From the NCBI GenBank assembly GCA_031426555.1, contig JANPLN010000005.1:1-46955 (forward strand): a DNA stretch of 46,955 bases. The letters run 5' to 3'. The translations under genes were made by a program, and so were the position numbers. Below are positions 9,540 through 18,249 of the stretch, one piece after another (position 1 is the first letter of the stretch; each line of letters begins with the position of its first letter). Under the pieces are notes generated by a model, which was given only the letters and a program-made list of their open reading frames with translations, was not told the origin of the DNA and searched no databases. The stretch is from Bdellovibrionales bacterium (GTDB taxonomy: Bacteria > Bdellovibrionota > Bdellovibrionia > Bdellovibrionales > JAGQZY01).

Positions 9540-10049
9540 ATGCTATGTGATTGCGGAAGCCAAAAAAATTACGCCGACTGCTGCGAACCTTTTATCAAAG
9601 GCGCAGCGACCCCTCAAAGTCCCGAGCAACTCATGCGCTCGCGCTACACAGCACACGTAAAAAAAGAAATGAGCTATTTAAGAGCCACGCTGGCTCCAGA
9701 GCAGCGCTCCTCGTTTATCGAAAAAGACGTTCTCGCCTGGGCCAATTCCGAATGGCTGGGTCTTGAAATCGCCGAGGCCAAGGGCAACAAGGTGGAGTTC
9801 GTTGCTAAATATAAATCAAAAGGAAAAGTCTTTGAACACCACGAGTACGCCACGTTTCGGAAAATTGGCGAGAAATGGTTTTTTGTCGATGGAGATTCTC
9901 ACACCCACGAAGAAGGCAAGGGGCATCAGCATCATCACAACCATGAGCCCGTGGCACCTATCGTGCGCGAGCAGCCCAAGGTAGGTCGAAATGACCCTTG
10001 CTCCTGTGGGAGCGGCAAAAAATTTAAAAAATGTTGCGGTGAAAACTAA
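9540..10049 (+). CDS. ychJ: YchJ (UPF0225) family protein with SEC-C motifs
   Basis: N-terminal 'CDCGS..Y..CC', 'PEQLMRSRY', 'WFFVDG' and C-terminal '[20 protein letters not shown]'. Confidence 0.9.
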   Translation: MLCDCGSQKNYADCCEPFIKGAATPQSPEQLMRSRYTAHVKKEMSYLRATLAPEQRSSFIEKDVLAWANSEWLGLEIAEAKGNKVEFVAKYKSKGKVFEHHEYATFRKIGEKWFFVDGDSHTHEEGKGHQHHHNHEPVAPIVREQPKVGRNDPCSCGSGKKFKKCCGEN

Positions 10050-10062
10050 AACACTGCAAAAG

Positions 10063-10866
10063 TTAAGAAAAGAGCACGCCAAAAATTACGAGAACGGTAA
10101 TGCCTGCGGCCGAGTTCCAAAAAGAACCACTCGCGGGAACTGGCGAAGGAGCAGGCTCACCACCATTCGACCCGTTTCCTGAGGAATCACCACCGCCATT
10201 TGTGCCGCCAGTGGAATAACCGTTTAAGCTGCCGCCGTTAAGGCTTCCACCAGTAAAGAGTCCACCAGTTTGTGAACCGGTGATCGAACCGCCACCAAGG
10301 TCACCGCCGCCGGTGAGCGCACCAGTCAGGGTACCGCCAAGATCGCTTCCCGAGTCGCCTCCGCCATTGCAGCCCCAGGGATATTGGTTGGTTATGGGAT
10401 TTTTTTGTGAACAGTCGGAAATCACATCGTCTTTTGCTGGAACCCACAAATAGGGACAGTTCAATGTCAAAGTTTCAAGTAAAGGATCTTTGGGCGAAAG
10501 CAAGTCGGCAAGCTGTTCATCGACGACGATATTTTTGCCTTCGTGACAGAGATAGTAATTGTCGTCGGGAGATTGGGCCAAATCCGACCCAGACAAAAAT
10601 ACATCATCAAACCCAACGTAGTAGCCATTGTGTTTCGCCACGTGCTCGATATTCTTGATATCAGAGTACGTATCCCCTTTATTCACCTGCAAATAAATAC
10701 CAGATAAAAAATCCTGCGGAACTAGCTTGCGACATTCGGTTGGTTTAGCGCAGCGAAATTGAATTCCGATGAGGGGGTCATCTGGAAGATCTTCATAGTT
10801 AACAGTGTCTGCTTGTGAGAAAGCACTCAAAAATGTTACAACAAAAAAACCAATCAGAGTCCGCAT
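10063..10866 (-). CDS. Exported Cys-containing protein with a Gly-rich linker and a C-terminal PEP-CTERM-like anchor
   Basis: Signal peptide, six Cys, Gly/Ser/Thr low-complexity repeats, then 'SPVPASGSFW' and a terminal TM helix. Confidence 0.6.
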   Translation of the reverse strand: MRTLIGFFVVTFLSAFSQADTVNYEDLPDDPLIGIQFRCAKPTECRKLVPQDFLSGIYLQVNKGDTYSDIKNIEHVAKHNGYYVGFDDVFLSGSDLAQSPDDNYYLCHEGKNIVVDEQLADLLSPKDPLLETLTLNCPYLWVPAKDDVISDCSQKNPITNQYPWGCNGGGDSGSDLGGTLTGALTGGGDLGGGSITGSQTGGLFTGGSLNGGSLNGYSTGGTNGGGDSSGNGSNGGEPAPSPVPASGSFWNSAAGITVLVIFGVLFS

Positions 10867-10935
10867 AAAACCTCTTCAAGTGACATAGCGTGAATGAGAG
10901 GAATTTAGTCGAAGTTGGCGAAAGGAGCGAACGAA

Positions 10936-12495
10936 ATGAAAAAATATATACTTTTTACAGTGTTAATCACAGTCTTAACACCCTTTTCGCGGGCTCAGGA
11001 AATTTTTTACGGCGTCGACGTTCGAGATTTAAAAAAATATAACACAATTCATTCCGAGTTTAGCTCGCAGCTTATCAAAAGTTTGCACCGAAACACTTGT
11101 GAATACGTCGGTCACTGCCCGGCCCCTGTTCGTTGGTTCGACAGCGGGGCCCAAGGACCTGAGGGAAAATTTCGTGGCGGCCGTTTTGTAGTCACCAACG
11201 AAAGAGAAAAGACCCGAAAAAACACAATCTTTTCGGTGGAAATCGAAAACGTAACCAGCGCAATCTCCAACGCCTCCGACAAGACTGGTGCAGCTTCGGT
11301 GTACCAGCTCCTGTTTTTTATTCACGACGAAACTCAACATGCGGAATCTAAAAATTTATTTTTTCGCAGACTCTCTGTGGTCTTCAAAAATAATTCGATT
11401 TCCAACATCACCCTCATCCAAGAAATTCCCCTTAGCAAAACCTACTTTTCGTTTTACGTCGACATCATGGCGCGGAAAACAATTTTGCAAGATGCTAATT
11501 TCGGGATAATAAAGGTGTTCCCTGTGGCGGTGGGCGCTCTCGATATTCGCAATTTCCCCGGCCAGGAGGTGTTTGCCGCAAGCCTCACGCCTGAGTTTGT
11601 GAACAATGCACAACTCTACGTGGGCCAGCCAGCAGGTTTGCACAAAGCTCGAAGTGACAAGGGCGGAATGTATCAACAAAGACCTTTTTTGGGAATCGTC
11701 GACGACAACGGCACAGCCTACAAGCAAGTTGGCTGGCACTATCAGATGGCTGAGGGTGAGTTGCAGGCGGGGTTTATAACCCACGGCTGTTTTCGCATGG
11801 AAGATAAAAACCTGTATCCCATGTCCGAAATTGTTTTCGCTTCACTACAGCAATTTATCCCCGTAAAAGTTGTGACAAGTTTTTCTGCAGACTCGGAGCT
11901 TGAAAAATTAAGTGGCTGGTCACACCCCATGCCACTAACCAACGACTTTTACTACTCTGTTGGGTATTTAGACAGGGCTGTTTTTTCCAACGACTTTGTT
12001 TCGAAAATTCGTTCAGACGTCAACGAGCTTCCCCAGGGATCCTATCTGTCGGATGTGGAGCAATACTTTTGGTGTAAAAGCCATGGGCAAACAATTTTCA
12101 ATCACTCCGAGTCGGCGCGGCCAGGGCTTCGGCAGTATGCCGATTGGAGCACAGCTCTAGATGGGTATTGCCTGACAAAGATTGTCCGTAATCAAATGCC
12201 GGTGGAGCCCGTGCTGGATTATATTTTTGGGAGAACCGCAATCTTGCCAGAGGTTAATATAATTGAACCCAGTTATCCCATTGTCATGGCGGGACTGTGT
12301 GAGGGTTCGCTCAGCGACGCTCAAAAAATATTTTCGCAAAACGAAACTCGTCAGCTCACGTTTCGGTCTTATATAAGCAATTGTGGTTGTGACAAACTCA
12401 AAAGAATGCTCGAGGTTTCGTTGATACGAAACAGCGCAGGAACGATTTTAAATTCTGCGCAAAAGTCCAAAATGTACGCGAAATACTGCCATTGA
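10936..12495 (+). CDS. L,D-transpeptidase (YkuD-family catalytic domain), exported
   Basis: 'KVFPVAVG' and the catalytic 'GWH...GFITHGCFRM' motif; signal peptide; RBS AAGGAG. Confidence 0.75.
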   Translation: MKKYILFTVLITVLTPFSRAQEIFYGVDVRDLKKYNTIHSEFSSQLIKSLHRNTCEYVGHCPAPVRWFDSGAQGPEGKFRGGRFVVTNEREKTRKNTIFSVEIENVTSAISNASDKTGAASVYQLLFFIHDETQHAESKNLFFRRLSVVFKNNSISNITLIQEIPLSKTYFSFYVDIMARKTILQDANFGIIKVFPVAVGALDIRNFPGQEVFAASLTPEFVNNAQLYVGQPAGLHKARSDKGGMYQQRPFLGIVDDNGTAYKQVGWHYQMAEGELQAGFITHGCFRMEDKNLYPMSEIVFASLQQFIPVKVVTSFSADSELEKLSGWSHPMPLTNDFYYSVGYLDRAVFSNDFVSKIRSDVNELPQGSYLSDVEQYFWCKSHGQTIFNHSESARPGLRQYADWSTALDGYCLTKIVRNQMPVEPVLDYIFGRTAILPEVNIIEPSYPIVMAGLCEGSLSDAQKIFSQNETRQLTFRSYISNCGCDKLKRMLEVSLIRNSAGTILNSAQKSKMYAKYCH

Positions 12496-12552
12496 CACTG
12501 CCGAAGCCTGAGCTACTTCACCGTGGTATCAGTTTTCAGCACGCTCATCATC

Positions 12553-13035
12553 TCAATCATCGACCGTGCTCGCCGTTCTGCGAAGGCCGTGTTCATTGCA
12601 GGTAAAGCCCCAGTGCCCGCCCACTTTGCCGCGCGCCACGCAGTGCGGAGCAATGGAAAATCCAGCGTTGGAGCTTCGTTGTTTTTTGTAAGAATGAAAG
12701 TGCGTAACGCCATTGGCGCCAAGTTGCAGAGATTTTTGCGCCGCTTTCACCGAGGCCTGTTGCGGCCGTTTTTTAGGAGCAAACTGGCGTTTAGAGTAAA
12801 CGACATCGCAGTAGTTTTTCCCATAGCCGCTTTTGACTCGCGTGACGATCACTCGGCCCACAAAGATCTTTCCCTCTTCGGTCTCCCCGCGCGCCTCACC
12901 GTGAATGGCCTCGGCAAGGCACATCATCTGTTTGTAGGGGGTGCTAGTTGTCTCCTCGCCACTAAAGGTGGAACAGCCCTGTAAAAGCCACGCCAGCATC
13001 AGCCATAAAATAAAGTTCAATCCATTTGAACGCAT
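12553..13035 (-). CDS. Cell wall hydrolase (Hydrolase_2, SleB/CwlJ family) lipoprotein
   Basis: 'CLAEAIHGEARGE', 'CDVVY...QF', 'VGGHWGF'; lipobox 'LQGC'. Confidence 0.85.
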   Translation of the reverse strand: MRSNGLNFILWLMLAWLLQGCSTFSGEETTSTPYKQMMCLAEAIHGEARGETEEGKIFVGRVIVTRVKSGYGKNYCDVVYSKRQFAPKKRPQQASVKAAQKSLQLGANGVTHFHSYKKQRSSNAGFSIAPHCVARGKVGGHWGFTCNEHGLRRTASTVDD

Positions 13036-13160
13036 ACCAACTTAACGGTTCAAATCGTCAAACAATCAAACCTTCGTCTAGGAATGAGCGTCCACTGTTT
13101 CGACACTTTCATTAAAAGCGTCTCCGGAGCGATCAAAATGAGATGCGAATGTATGAGTCA

Positions 13161-13670
13161 CTAAAAGATAAGCAAAAAACCCCAATAGGCGGCCACTGCG
13201 AAAAGTAGCATTCCTAGGAGTCCACGCTGGATGCGGTTGTGTTTTTTAAGAGTGTTGAGCTCGGTTCGCAAGCTTGCGTGCACGTCGTCTGTGATGCGTT
13301 CTGTGAGCTTGCGGATCTCGGTTTCGGGGAGCCCGGGGCGCGCCACCGTTTGTAAAAAAACATAGGGCGAAAGCTCCGGACTTTTGTCGAGCAATAATAG
13401 ATACCAACTGAGAGCTCGAAAGATATGTGGTGGTGCCTCATCAGATTGGGGGTTTTTGGTCCATCGAGACCATGCCGATGGATCAACAAGCAGAAGCTGG
13501 CATATCTTTCTTTGACTCAAACCCAGGGTTTTTCGTATGTCCTCCAGCCTCCCCCATTTGTTCACAATTAGCTGGGTTTCCGCAGAGTATTTGATCCGCA
13601 GGCTACTTTGGGCCCTATCTGGGTTCTCGATTAAAGAGATGGATGGATCGATGTGAGTTCCAATTTCCAT
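13161..13670 (-). CDS. XRE-like helix-turn-helix protein with a C-terminal transmembrane anchor
   Basis: 'LEDIRKTLGLSQRKICQLLLVDPSAWSRW' HTH, then a coiled coil and a hydrophobic C-terminus. Confidence 0.7.
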   Translation of the reverse strand: MEIGTHIDPSISLIENPDRAQSSLRIKYSAETQLIVNKWGRLEDIRKTLGLSQRKICQLLLVDPSAWSRWTKNPQSDEAPPHIFRALSWYLLLLDKSPELSPYVFLQTVARPGLPETEIRKLTERITDDVHASLRTELNTLKKHNRIQRGLLGMLLFAVAAYWGFLLIF

Positions 13671-13693
13671 AAATGATCCCCTTTCAGATGTTC

Positions 13694-13721
13694 TAATTCA
13701 CATAATAAATAGTGTGAATTA
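13694..13721. promoter_or_regulatory. Operator-like palindrome just upstream of the HTH gene
   Basis: TAATTCACA-N10-TGTGAATTA with perfect 9-bp arms. Confidence 0.5.
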
Positions 13722-14130
13722 AGTTAATTATTAGTTGTGAAATGCAATTTGGCAATAAGACGGATCATGACACAAAGCATTATGTACTTGAAATGAAACG
13801 CATTTCATTAGTTTAGCGTTCCCACTGACAAATTTGAGGGGCCAAGTCTCACTTATAGTTATATCTGAGATGATTAAACTATTGAAATAACTAGATTATT
13901 TTGAAATACCGATTTGGAAGCATTAAAACGCCCTCAGTTGAACGAGCGTTCGTGGGTATGTCCAGGTATGGCTTTTTTCAAAGCACAAAGGTCTAGCTGT
14001 GCTTAATAATTGATCATCCAAATTTGATCAATCTATAAGATTTTTCAACATGAAATGTCTTCACTCACTCTCGCCTAACAAACTGAATTATCTTCTTTAT
14101 GTGATTTTTAACCCCAACAAGGAGTCCTCT

Positions 14131-14706
14131 GTGACCAAAGTTTTTATTATCGCTCTTTCAGCCGTTTTCACCTCCATCGCCACTGCAGCTGAAATCTATT
14201 CGGTGGATATGTCCGTGCCCATCGAATTTCAATTAAGACTGAATTGCCCGTGGGTTTCTGTAGGCAATTTACAAAAAGTGGTCATCGCAGAAAACGAAAA
14301 GATCGGCTGGACCGGTGGCGATCTTGGAAATGCTTTGGGGGATCTTCTTGGCAACTCAACCGGCGATGTAAATTACACCAATGTGGCAGCTAATATTCCC
14401 GCGTACTCCCGGGCCATCCTTTTAGAGACTCAGTATTTTAATAACAATGGACAAGCGCAGATCATCGTTGAAGAGCTAAGTTTAATTAGCGTCGCTGGCG
14501 ACAAGTACATCATGCGAATGAGTGATAAGACACGGGTTTTATCGCAAATCAAAGATCACTCTGGCGAAGCTATCCTTATTTGCTTTACCAACGACGAAGA
14601 GTACATTCGCGTATCGGCGCAGGTAACGCATCAGAACGTCGATGGCTCTCGGCCCACTATGGGAATCAGCGCCTTCACCGACGAAAATGTTGTATTTTTG
14701 AAGTAA
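14131..14706 (+). CDS. Hypothetical exported protein
   Basis: GTG at 14131 follows RBS AAGGAG; signal peptide 'MTKVFIIALSAVFTSIATA'. Confidence 0.65.
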   Translation: MTKVFIIALSAVFTSIATAAEIYSVDMSVPIEFQLRLNCPWVSVGNLQKVVIAENEKIGWTGGDLGNALGDLLGNSTGDVNYTNVAANIPAYSRAILLETQYFNNNGQAQIIVEELSLISVAGDKYIMRMSDKTRVLSQIKDHSGEAILICFTNDEEYIRVSAQVTHQNVDGSRPTMGISAFTDENVVFLK

Positions 14707-14750
14707 TCCAAAAGTCCCGTTGATTTAGCTTTAAACGGCAATAGACCCTT

Positions 14751-14784
14751 TAAAAAAAGAGGAAGTAAACTTCTTCTTTTTTTA
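14751..14784. terminator. Bidirectional intrinsic terminator between convergent genes
   Basis: TAAAAAAAGAGGAAG-taaa-CTTCTTCTTTTTTTA hairpin with A and T tails. Confidence 0.6.
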
Positions 14785-14830
14785 TCGTTGCTGTTCTAAA
14801 CTCGCCTTGTTCTTAATGCGTTAGCCTTAA

Positions 14831-15562
14831 TTACATTGCGCCTTCGATTTCGCCGTAACCTGTAATATTACCTTGCTTCACGCCTTTTTGACCGAGCAAT
14901 GCAACGTCCTCGATAAACACCTTGTAGCCTTCGCTGCATTTTACATAGAGCCACTGTTCATTCACATCGTAGGTAGAGCCATCTTCTTCGGTCACCGTTT
15001 TTAACGCTTTTGTCTCCAAAGTTTTTGCAAAGTACTCGGGTTGTTCAAGAGAGTCGTAGTTGAGGTAAAGGTACTGCTCGACGCTATCTTGCTGAAGCGT
15101 CGCCATGGCGCCACCTTCTGCCAAATACATAAAGTTAACAATTTTAGAACCTGCTTTGATCGCAGGAACAGTTTGTGCTTCATAAAAAGCCGAAAGGCCG
15201 AGGTCTTCAGGAGTTGAAATATCTTGCAGAACTACGTAATCAAGAACCGGCGAGACGGTGTAAAATTCGATCACAGAGTTTTTAGTTTGCGACCACGGGT
15301 GGTAAAGACCGTTAGCGATGGTGCAACTTTTTTGCACGGTGAGCTTGCGAAGACTCTCCCAGCCTTTCACAGTGGTGGTTTTATTTTTTTTCTTGGAAGA
15401 CACATCAATCACCGGTCCAGGGTACTCACCCTGCCAGGTGTTCATGGCAACTTGCAGATATGTAACTCCGTCTCTTTCAACTTCGAGTTTGTAAGTGCCA
15501 AAGTCGGCAGACGCCGAAGCGATACAAAACAGTGTGCTAAAAATGATTCCAATTTGTTTCAT
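14831..15562 (-). CDS. Hypothetical exported protein
   Basis: RBS GGAG, signal peptide 'MKQIGIIFSTLFCIASASA', 243 aa. Confidence 0.75.
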   Translation of the reverse strand: MKQIGIIFSTLFCIASASADFGTYKLEVERDGVTYLQVAMNTWQGEYPGPVIDVSSKKKNKTTTVKGWESLRKLTVQKSCTIANGLYHPWSQTKNSVIEFYTVSPVLDYVVLQDISTPEDLGLSAFYEAQTVPAIKAGSKIVNFMYLAEGGAMATLQQDSVEQYLYLNYDSLEQPEYFAKTLETKALKTVTEEDGSTYDVNEQWLYVKCSEGYKVFIEDVALLGQKGVKQGNITGYGEIEGAM

Positions 15563-15677
15563 GGGATTCTCCAGGTTTTAATTTGTGTCCGGATTGTAAT
15601 GAATTTCGCGAAGGAAAACGAAAAAAAATGAAGGTCGCCTGGTTTTTGTAACTAATTCAAATTTCTTAATACAAAAC

Positions 15678-15708
15678 AAAAAAGCTGAGGCGCACAGGCC
15701 TCAGCTTT
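15678..15708 (-). terminator. Intrinsic terminator
   Basis: AAAGCTGAGGC-gcacag-GCCTCAGCTTT 11-bp stem, with a U-tract on the minus strand. Confidence 0.8.
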
Positions 15709-15715
15709 AAGGGGG

Positions 15716-16165
15716 TTATTTACTCAGGGTTTCATCAAGTATTTTTGTGAACTCCTCGTACGAGGAGAGGACATCACCGTTTGAGCAAAGTTGTTATGTG
15801 CTGTTCAGTAAGAGAACCTCTCTAACAACAGCTTCTCGATCCAAAACAAACAAGTCATGGGTCAATTTAGCAACGTGAACTCCTCCACGTTTGTTAGCAG
15901 CTGACTCCTTTAGGATGTTCAGGATCAGTTTACAATCCTGGTTGCAGGAACTATCGGCTTTCTCTTCCATAACTACGGCGGATGTGGTGCTCACAGGGGA
16001 TGCGACAATTGTTATACCAAACAGCGAGGTAATTCCCACGGCGCCACTAACGGCCGCGACACCCTGCAAGTCTTCTGCATGCGCAAGAGCGTCTTCATAG
16101 GCCTGTGTACAATCCGCAGAGGCATGCAGCGGTAGCACCAGACTCAGCAATAATATAGATTTCAT
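15716..16165 (-). pseudogene. Exported Cys-containing protein interrupted by an in-frame TAA (15794-15796)
   Basis: After LLNST* the frame continues QLCSNGDVLSSYEEFTKILDETLSK* and ends 7 bp before the terminator. Confidence 0.55.
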
Positions 16166-17226
16166 AAATTCTCCTTTTTATTTTTCTCGTTTAAAAATAA
16201 GATCAAATCTTGATTTCTCAAGTCTTTTTTAATTTTTTGTACATCCTTCTCGGCGGGTCTCAGAGAGTGTGGGTCGTCAAAGTAAAAAGTTCTCGCTTCC
16301 ATGTAGAGATATGGAGTCACCAAATTTTGATCGATTTCCGCTATCTGTCTGCGCGTCAGCAGTGTTGGGGTGGCCTCAGACGAATAGTAATGGATTGGCA
16401 AACGTCGAAGGCGGTAAATATCTAATAAATCCATATCGAAATTCTGTAAGAGTTGAGCCAGCGAGGTTTTTGTCATTTTATTAAAATTGTAGTTGGAAGT
16501 GCTTAAGATATAGATCTCTCGGAGACTTAGTTTTTTTAGATCTGTTTGACTCACGTAAATCGTTCCGTCGCCGTACTCAAAGACTCTTACTTTTTTAAGG
16601 ACTTTGGCTCCCGAAATAATTTCGATGGAACTCCAGGGTGCTAGTAAGCTTTCGTAAAAATAAGAAAAGAGCTGAGTAGGTATGAGAGGTGCTTTTCCAA
16701 GCAAGGGTATGTGAGAGGCTTCAACAAACCAACCGAGAGCTCGTGCGCAGTTAAAATCAAAAAACGTGTATTTATCTAATGTCAGTTCTCCAGAAGATAC
16801 TTTGTTGGCAGTGGAAACTAAATTTTCAATTTGCGCTCTGCTGAGTCTCAGAGGCAATTGAGAAAATCCTCTGTTGCCAGCGGAAAAATAGACAATCATT
16901 ACATCCATAAGAGAAACCCTGCGAATGATGGAGTTAAACTGACCAGTGACTCCCCTCCACAGATATTGTCCAAACGAAATTGGAGCGCCGGGTATTTCAG
17001 CCTCAAAACTAAAAACGATATCAGACAACGGGTCCGGGGATTTTGTTATAAAGCGAATAAGGCTGTGCCCAAAGTTTGACTCCAGGGAATTATCAGAGGC
17101 ATCAACAATCAAGATTTCTACGCCAACAATATCTTCGCTTTTAATCGGAAATAGGCCTGTGTCCCCCTTCGCCATTTGGCCAAGGAGACTACAAATCAAA
17201 AAAATAAATAAAACGATCTGATACAT
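16162..17226 (-). CDS. DUF4105 / Lnb N-terminal-like domain protein
   Basis: 'FGHSLIR' and 'YTFFDFNCA' motifs (putative His/Cys catalytic pair); signal peptide; AT-rich coding sequence. Confidence 0.75.
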   Translation of the reverse strand: MYQIVLFIFLICSLLGQMAKGDTGLFPIKSEDIVGVEILIVDASDNSLESNFGHSLIRFITKSPDPLSDIVFSFEAEIPGAPISFGQYLWRGVTGQFNSIIRRVSLMDVMIVYFSAGNRGFSQLPLRLSRAQIENLVSTANKVSSGELTLDKYTFFDFNCARALGWFVEASHIPLLGKAPLIPTQLFSYFYESLLAPWSSIEIISGAKVLKKVRVFEYGDGTIYVSQTDLKKLSLREIYILSTSNYNFNKMTKTSLAQLLQNFDMDLLDIYRLRRLPIHYYSSEATPTLLTRRQIAEIDQNLVTPYLYMEARTFYFDDPHSLRPAEKDVQKIKKDLRNQDLILFLNEKNKKENL

Positions 17227-17299
17227 AAAATACTCTTCAATTTCCTCAGGTCCGTGCTTAAACCGTTTCAGTCAGAATAAATTCAGCTTAAGAACATAG

Positions 17300-17315
17300 A
17301 GCAATGTGGGTGCCA
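17300..17315 (-). promoter_or_regulatory. Sigma-54 promoter for the DUF4105 operon
   Basis: The minus strand reads TGGCAC-CCACA-TTGCT, an exact consensus match. Confidence 0.8.
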
Positions 17316-17408
17316 GCTGCCCCTGATCTCTAATCGATTTCAGGGGATTTTGCCACTAAAGGTCACATCGCAGTGACTGTGCCTGCCTGTTAATGCGTCA
17401 TGAATTCC

Positions 17409-17437
17409 TTGATAGGATATTAAAAACTCTTTAGAGT
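17409..17437 (+). promoter_or_regulatory. Sigma-70-like promoter for the recombinase, possibly giving a leaderless mRNA
   Basis: TTGATA-N17-TAGAGT; the GTG start lies 6 nt after the -10 box. Confidence 0.45.
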
Positions 17438-17443
17438 AATAGG

Positions 17444-17974
17444 GTGTCATCGCGGTATTCACTCAATAAAAACAAATATCTCCTAGATCCCGAATACAAC
17501 CATCTCGAGATGTTGCTCAATCGTTATAAATTTAAAGAGCCCCGGAATTGTCTTGCGATCTTCGTAGCACTAAAAACTGGAGCCCGGGCCCAGGAGCTTT
17601 TAAACCTTCGTAAAAACGACATGAACGTTTACGATCAGTCTCTGTATATAAAAGGCATCAAGGGCTCAAATGATCGCGAATTGCCAATTCCTGCAGCTCT
17701 TTTTGATGAGATCGAGCTGTTTGCTCGAGGGTTGGGGGCTTCGGACCCCCTGTTTGACATTGGTTATCATCGTTTACGGGATATTTGGTGCGAGTACCGC
17801 CCCGTAGCCAAGAAATTCCATTGTTTGCGGCACACCTTTGCCATTCGGCTTTATAAAAAGACTCGCGACATTCGTCTCCTGCAGGTGGCTTTGGGGCATC
17901 GAAATATAGCAAATACGATGATTTATGCTGATTATGTGTACTCGCAAACCGAGCTAAGACGTTTGATTCTTTAA
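17444..17974 (+). CDS. Tyrosine recombinase/integrase, catalytic domain only (176 aa)
   Basis: Complete R (TGARAQE), K (IKGS), HxxR (HCLRHTFA), H (LGHRN) and Y (TMIY) set. Confidence 0.9.
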   Translation: MSSRYSLNKNKYLLDPEYNHLEMLLNRYKFKEPRNCLAIFVALKTGARAQELLNLRKNDMNVYDQSLYIKGIKGSNDRELPIPAALFDEIELFARGLGASDPLFDIGYHRLRDIWCEYRPVAKKFHCLRHTFAIRLYKKTRDIRLLQVALGHRNIANTMIYADYVYSQTELRRLIL

Positions 17975-18042
17975 GAGTTTTTCTTGATTTTCAGATAAAA
18001 ATGGATGAAAGTGCCCCTCTCTTATTAAACATGAGGTAATTT

Positions 18043-18240
18043 ATGGCAACGCCCAAGAAACGCTTAAGTCGATCAAAACGTGGACACAGACGCGCACATG
18101 ACGCAATCACGCCTGTAACCACAGTAAACTGTGCTAACTGCAGCTCTGTTGTTAAGCCTCACCATGTGTGCCCTTCTTGCGGATACTACAAAGGTAAAGA
18201 AATCGTTGCGGCTCCACAAGAGACTGCAACAGCTCAGTAA
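18043..18240 (+). CDS. rpmF: 50S ribosomal protein L32
   Basis: 'MATPKKRLSRSKRGHRRAH' and zinc-ribbon CxxC...HHVCPSCGYYKG. Confidence 0.97.
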   Translation: MATPKKRLSRSKRGHRRAHDAITPVTTVNCANCSSVVKPHHVCPSCGYYKGKEIVAAPQETATAQ

Positions 18241-18249
18241 AACCTTTAT

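Noticed and set aside
12523..12984. 153-aa plus-strand ORF and the many other shadow ORFs in the track
   Set aside because: They lie antisense or out of frame to well-supported genes and have no motifs or RBS.
13695..13722. Possible dif (XerCD) site AATTCACATAA-TAAATA-GTGTGAATTAA
   Set aside because: The left arm resembles a XerC arm, but the right arm does not match TTATGTTAAAT. The symmetry fits an operator palindrome better.
14009..14032. Possible FNR site
   Set aside because: The TTGAT and ATCAA half-sites are not separated by the required 4 bp.
13670..14131. Possible replication origin (long AT-rich intergenic region)
   Set aside because: No TTATCCACA-type DnaA boxes were seen and there are no dnaA/dnaN/gidA neighbours.
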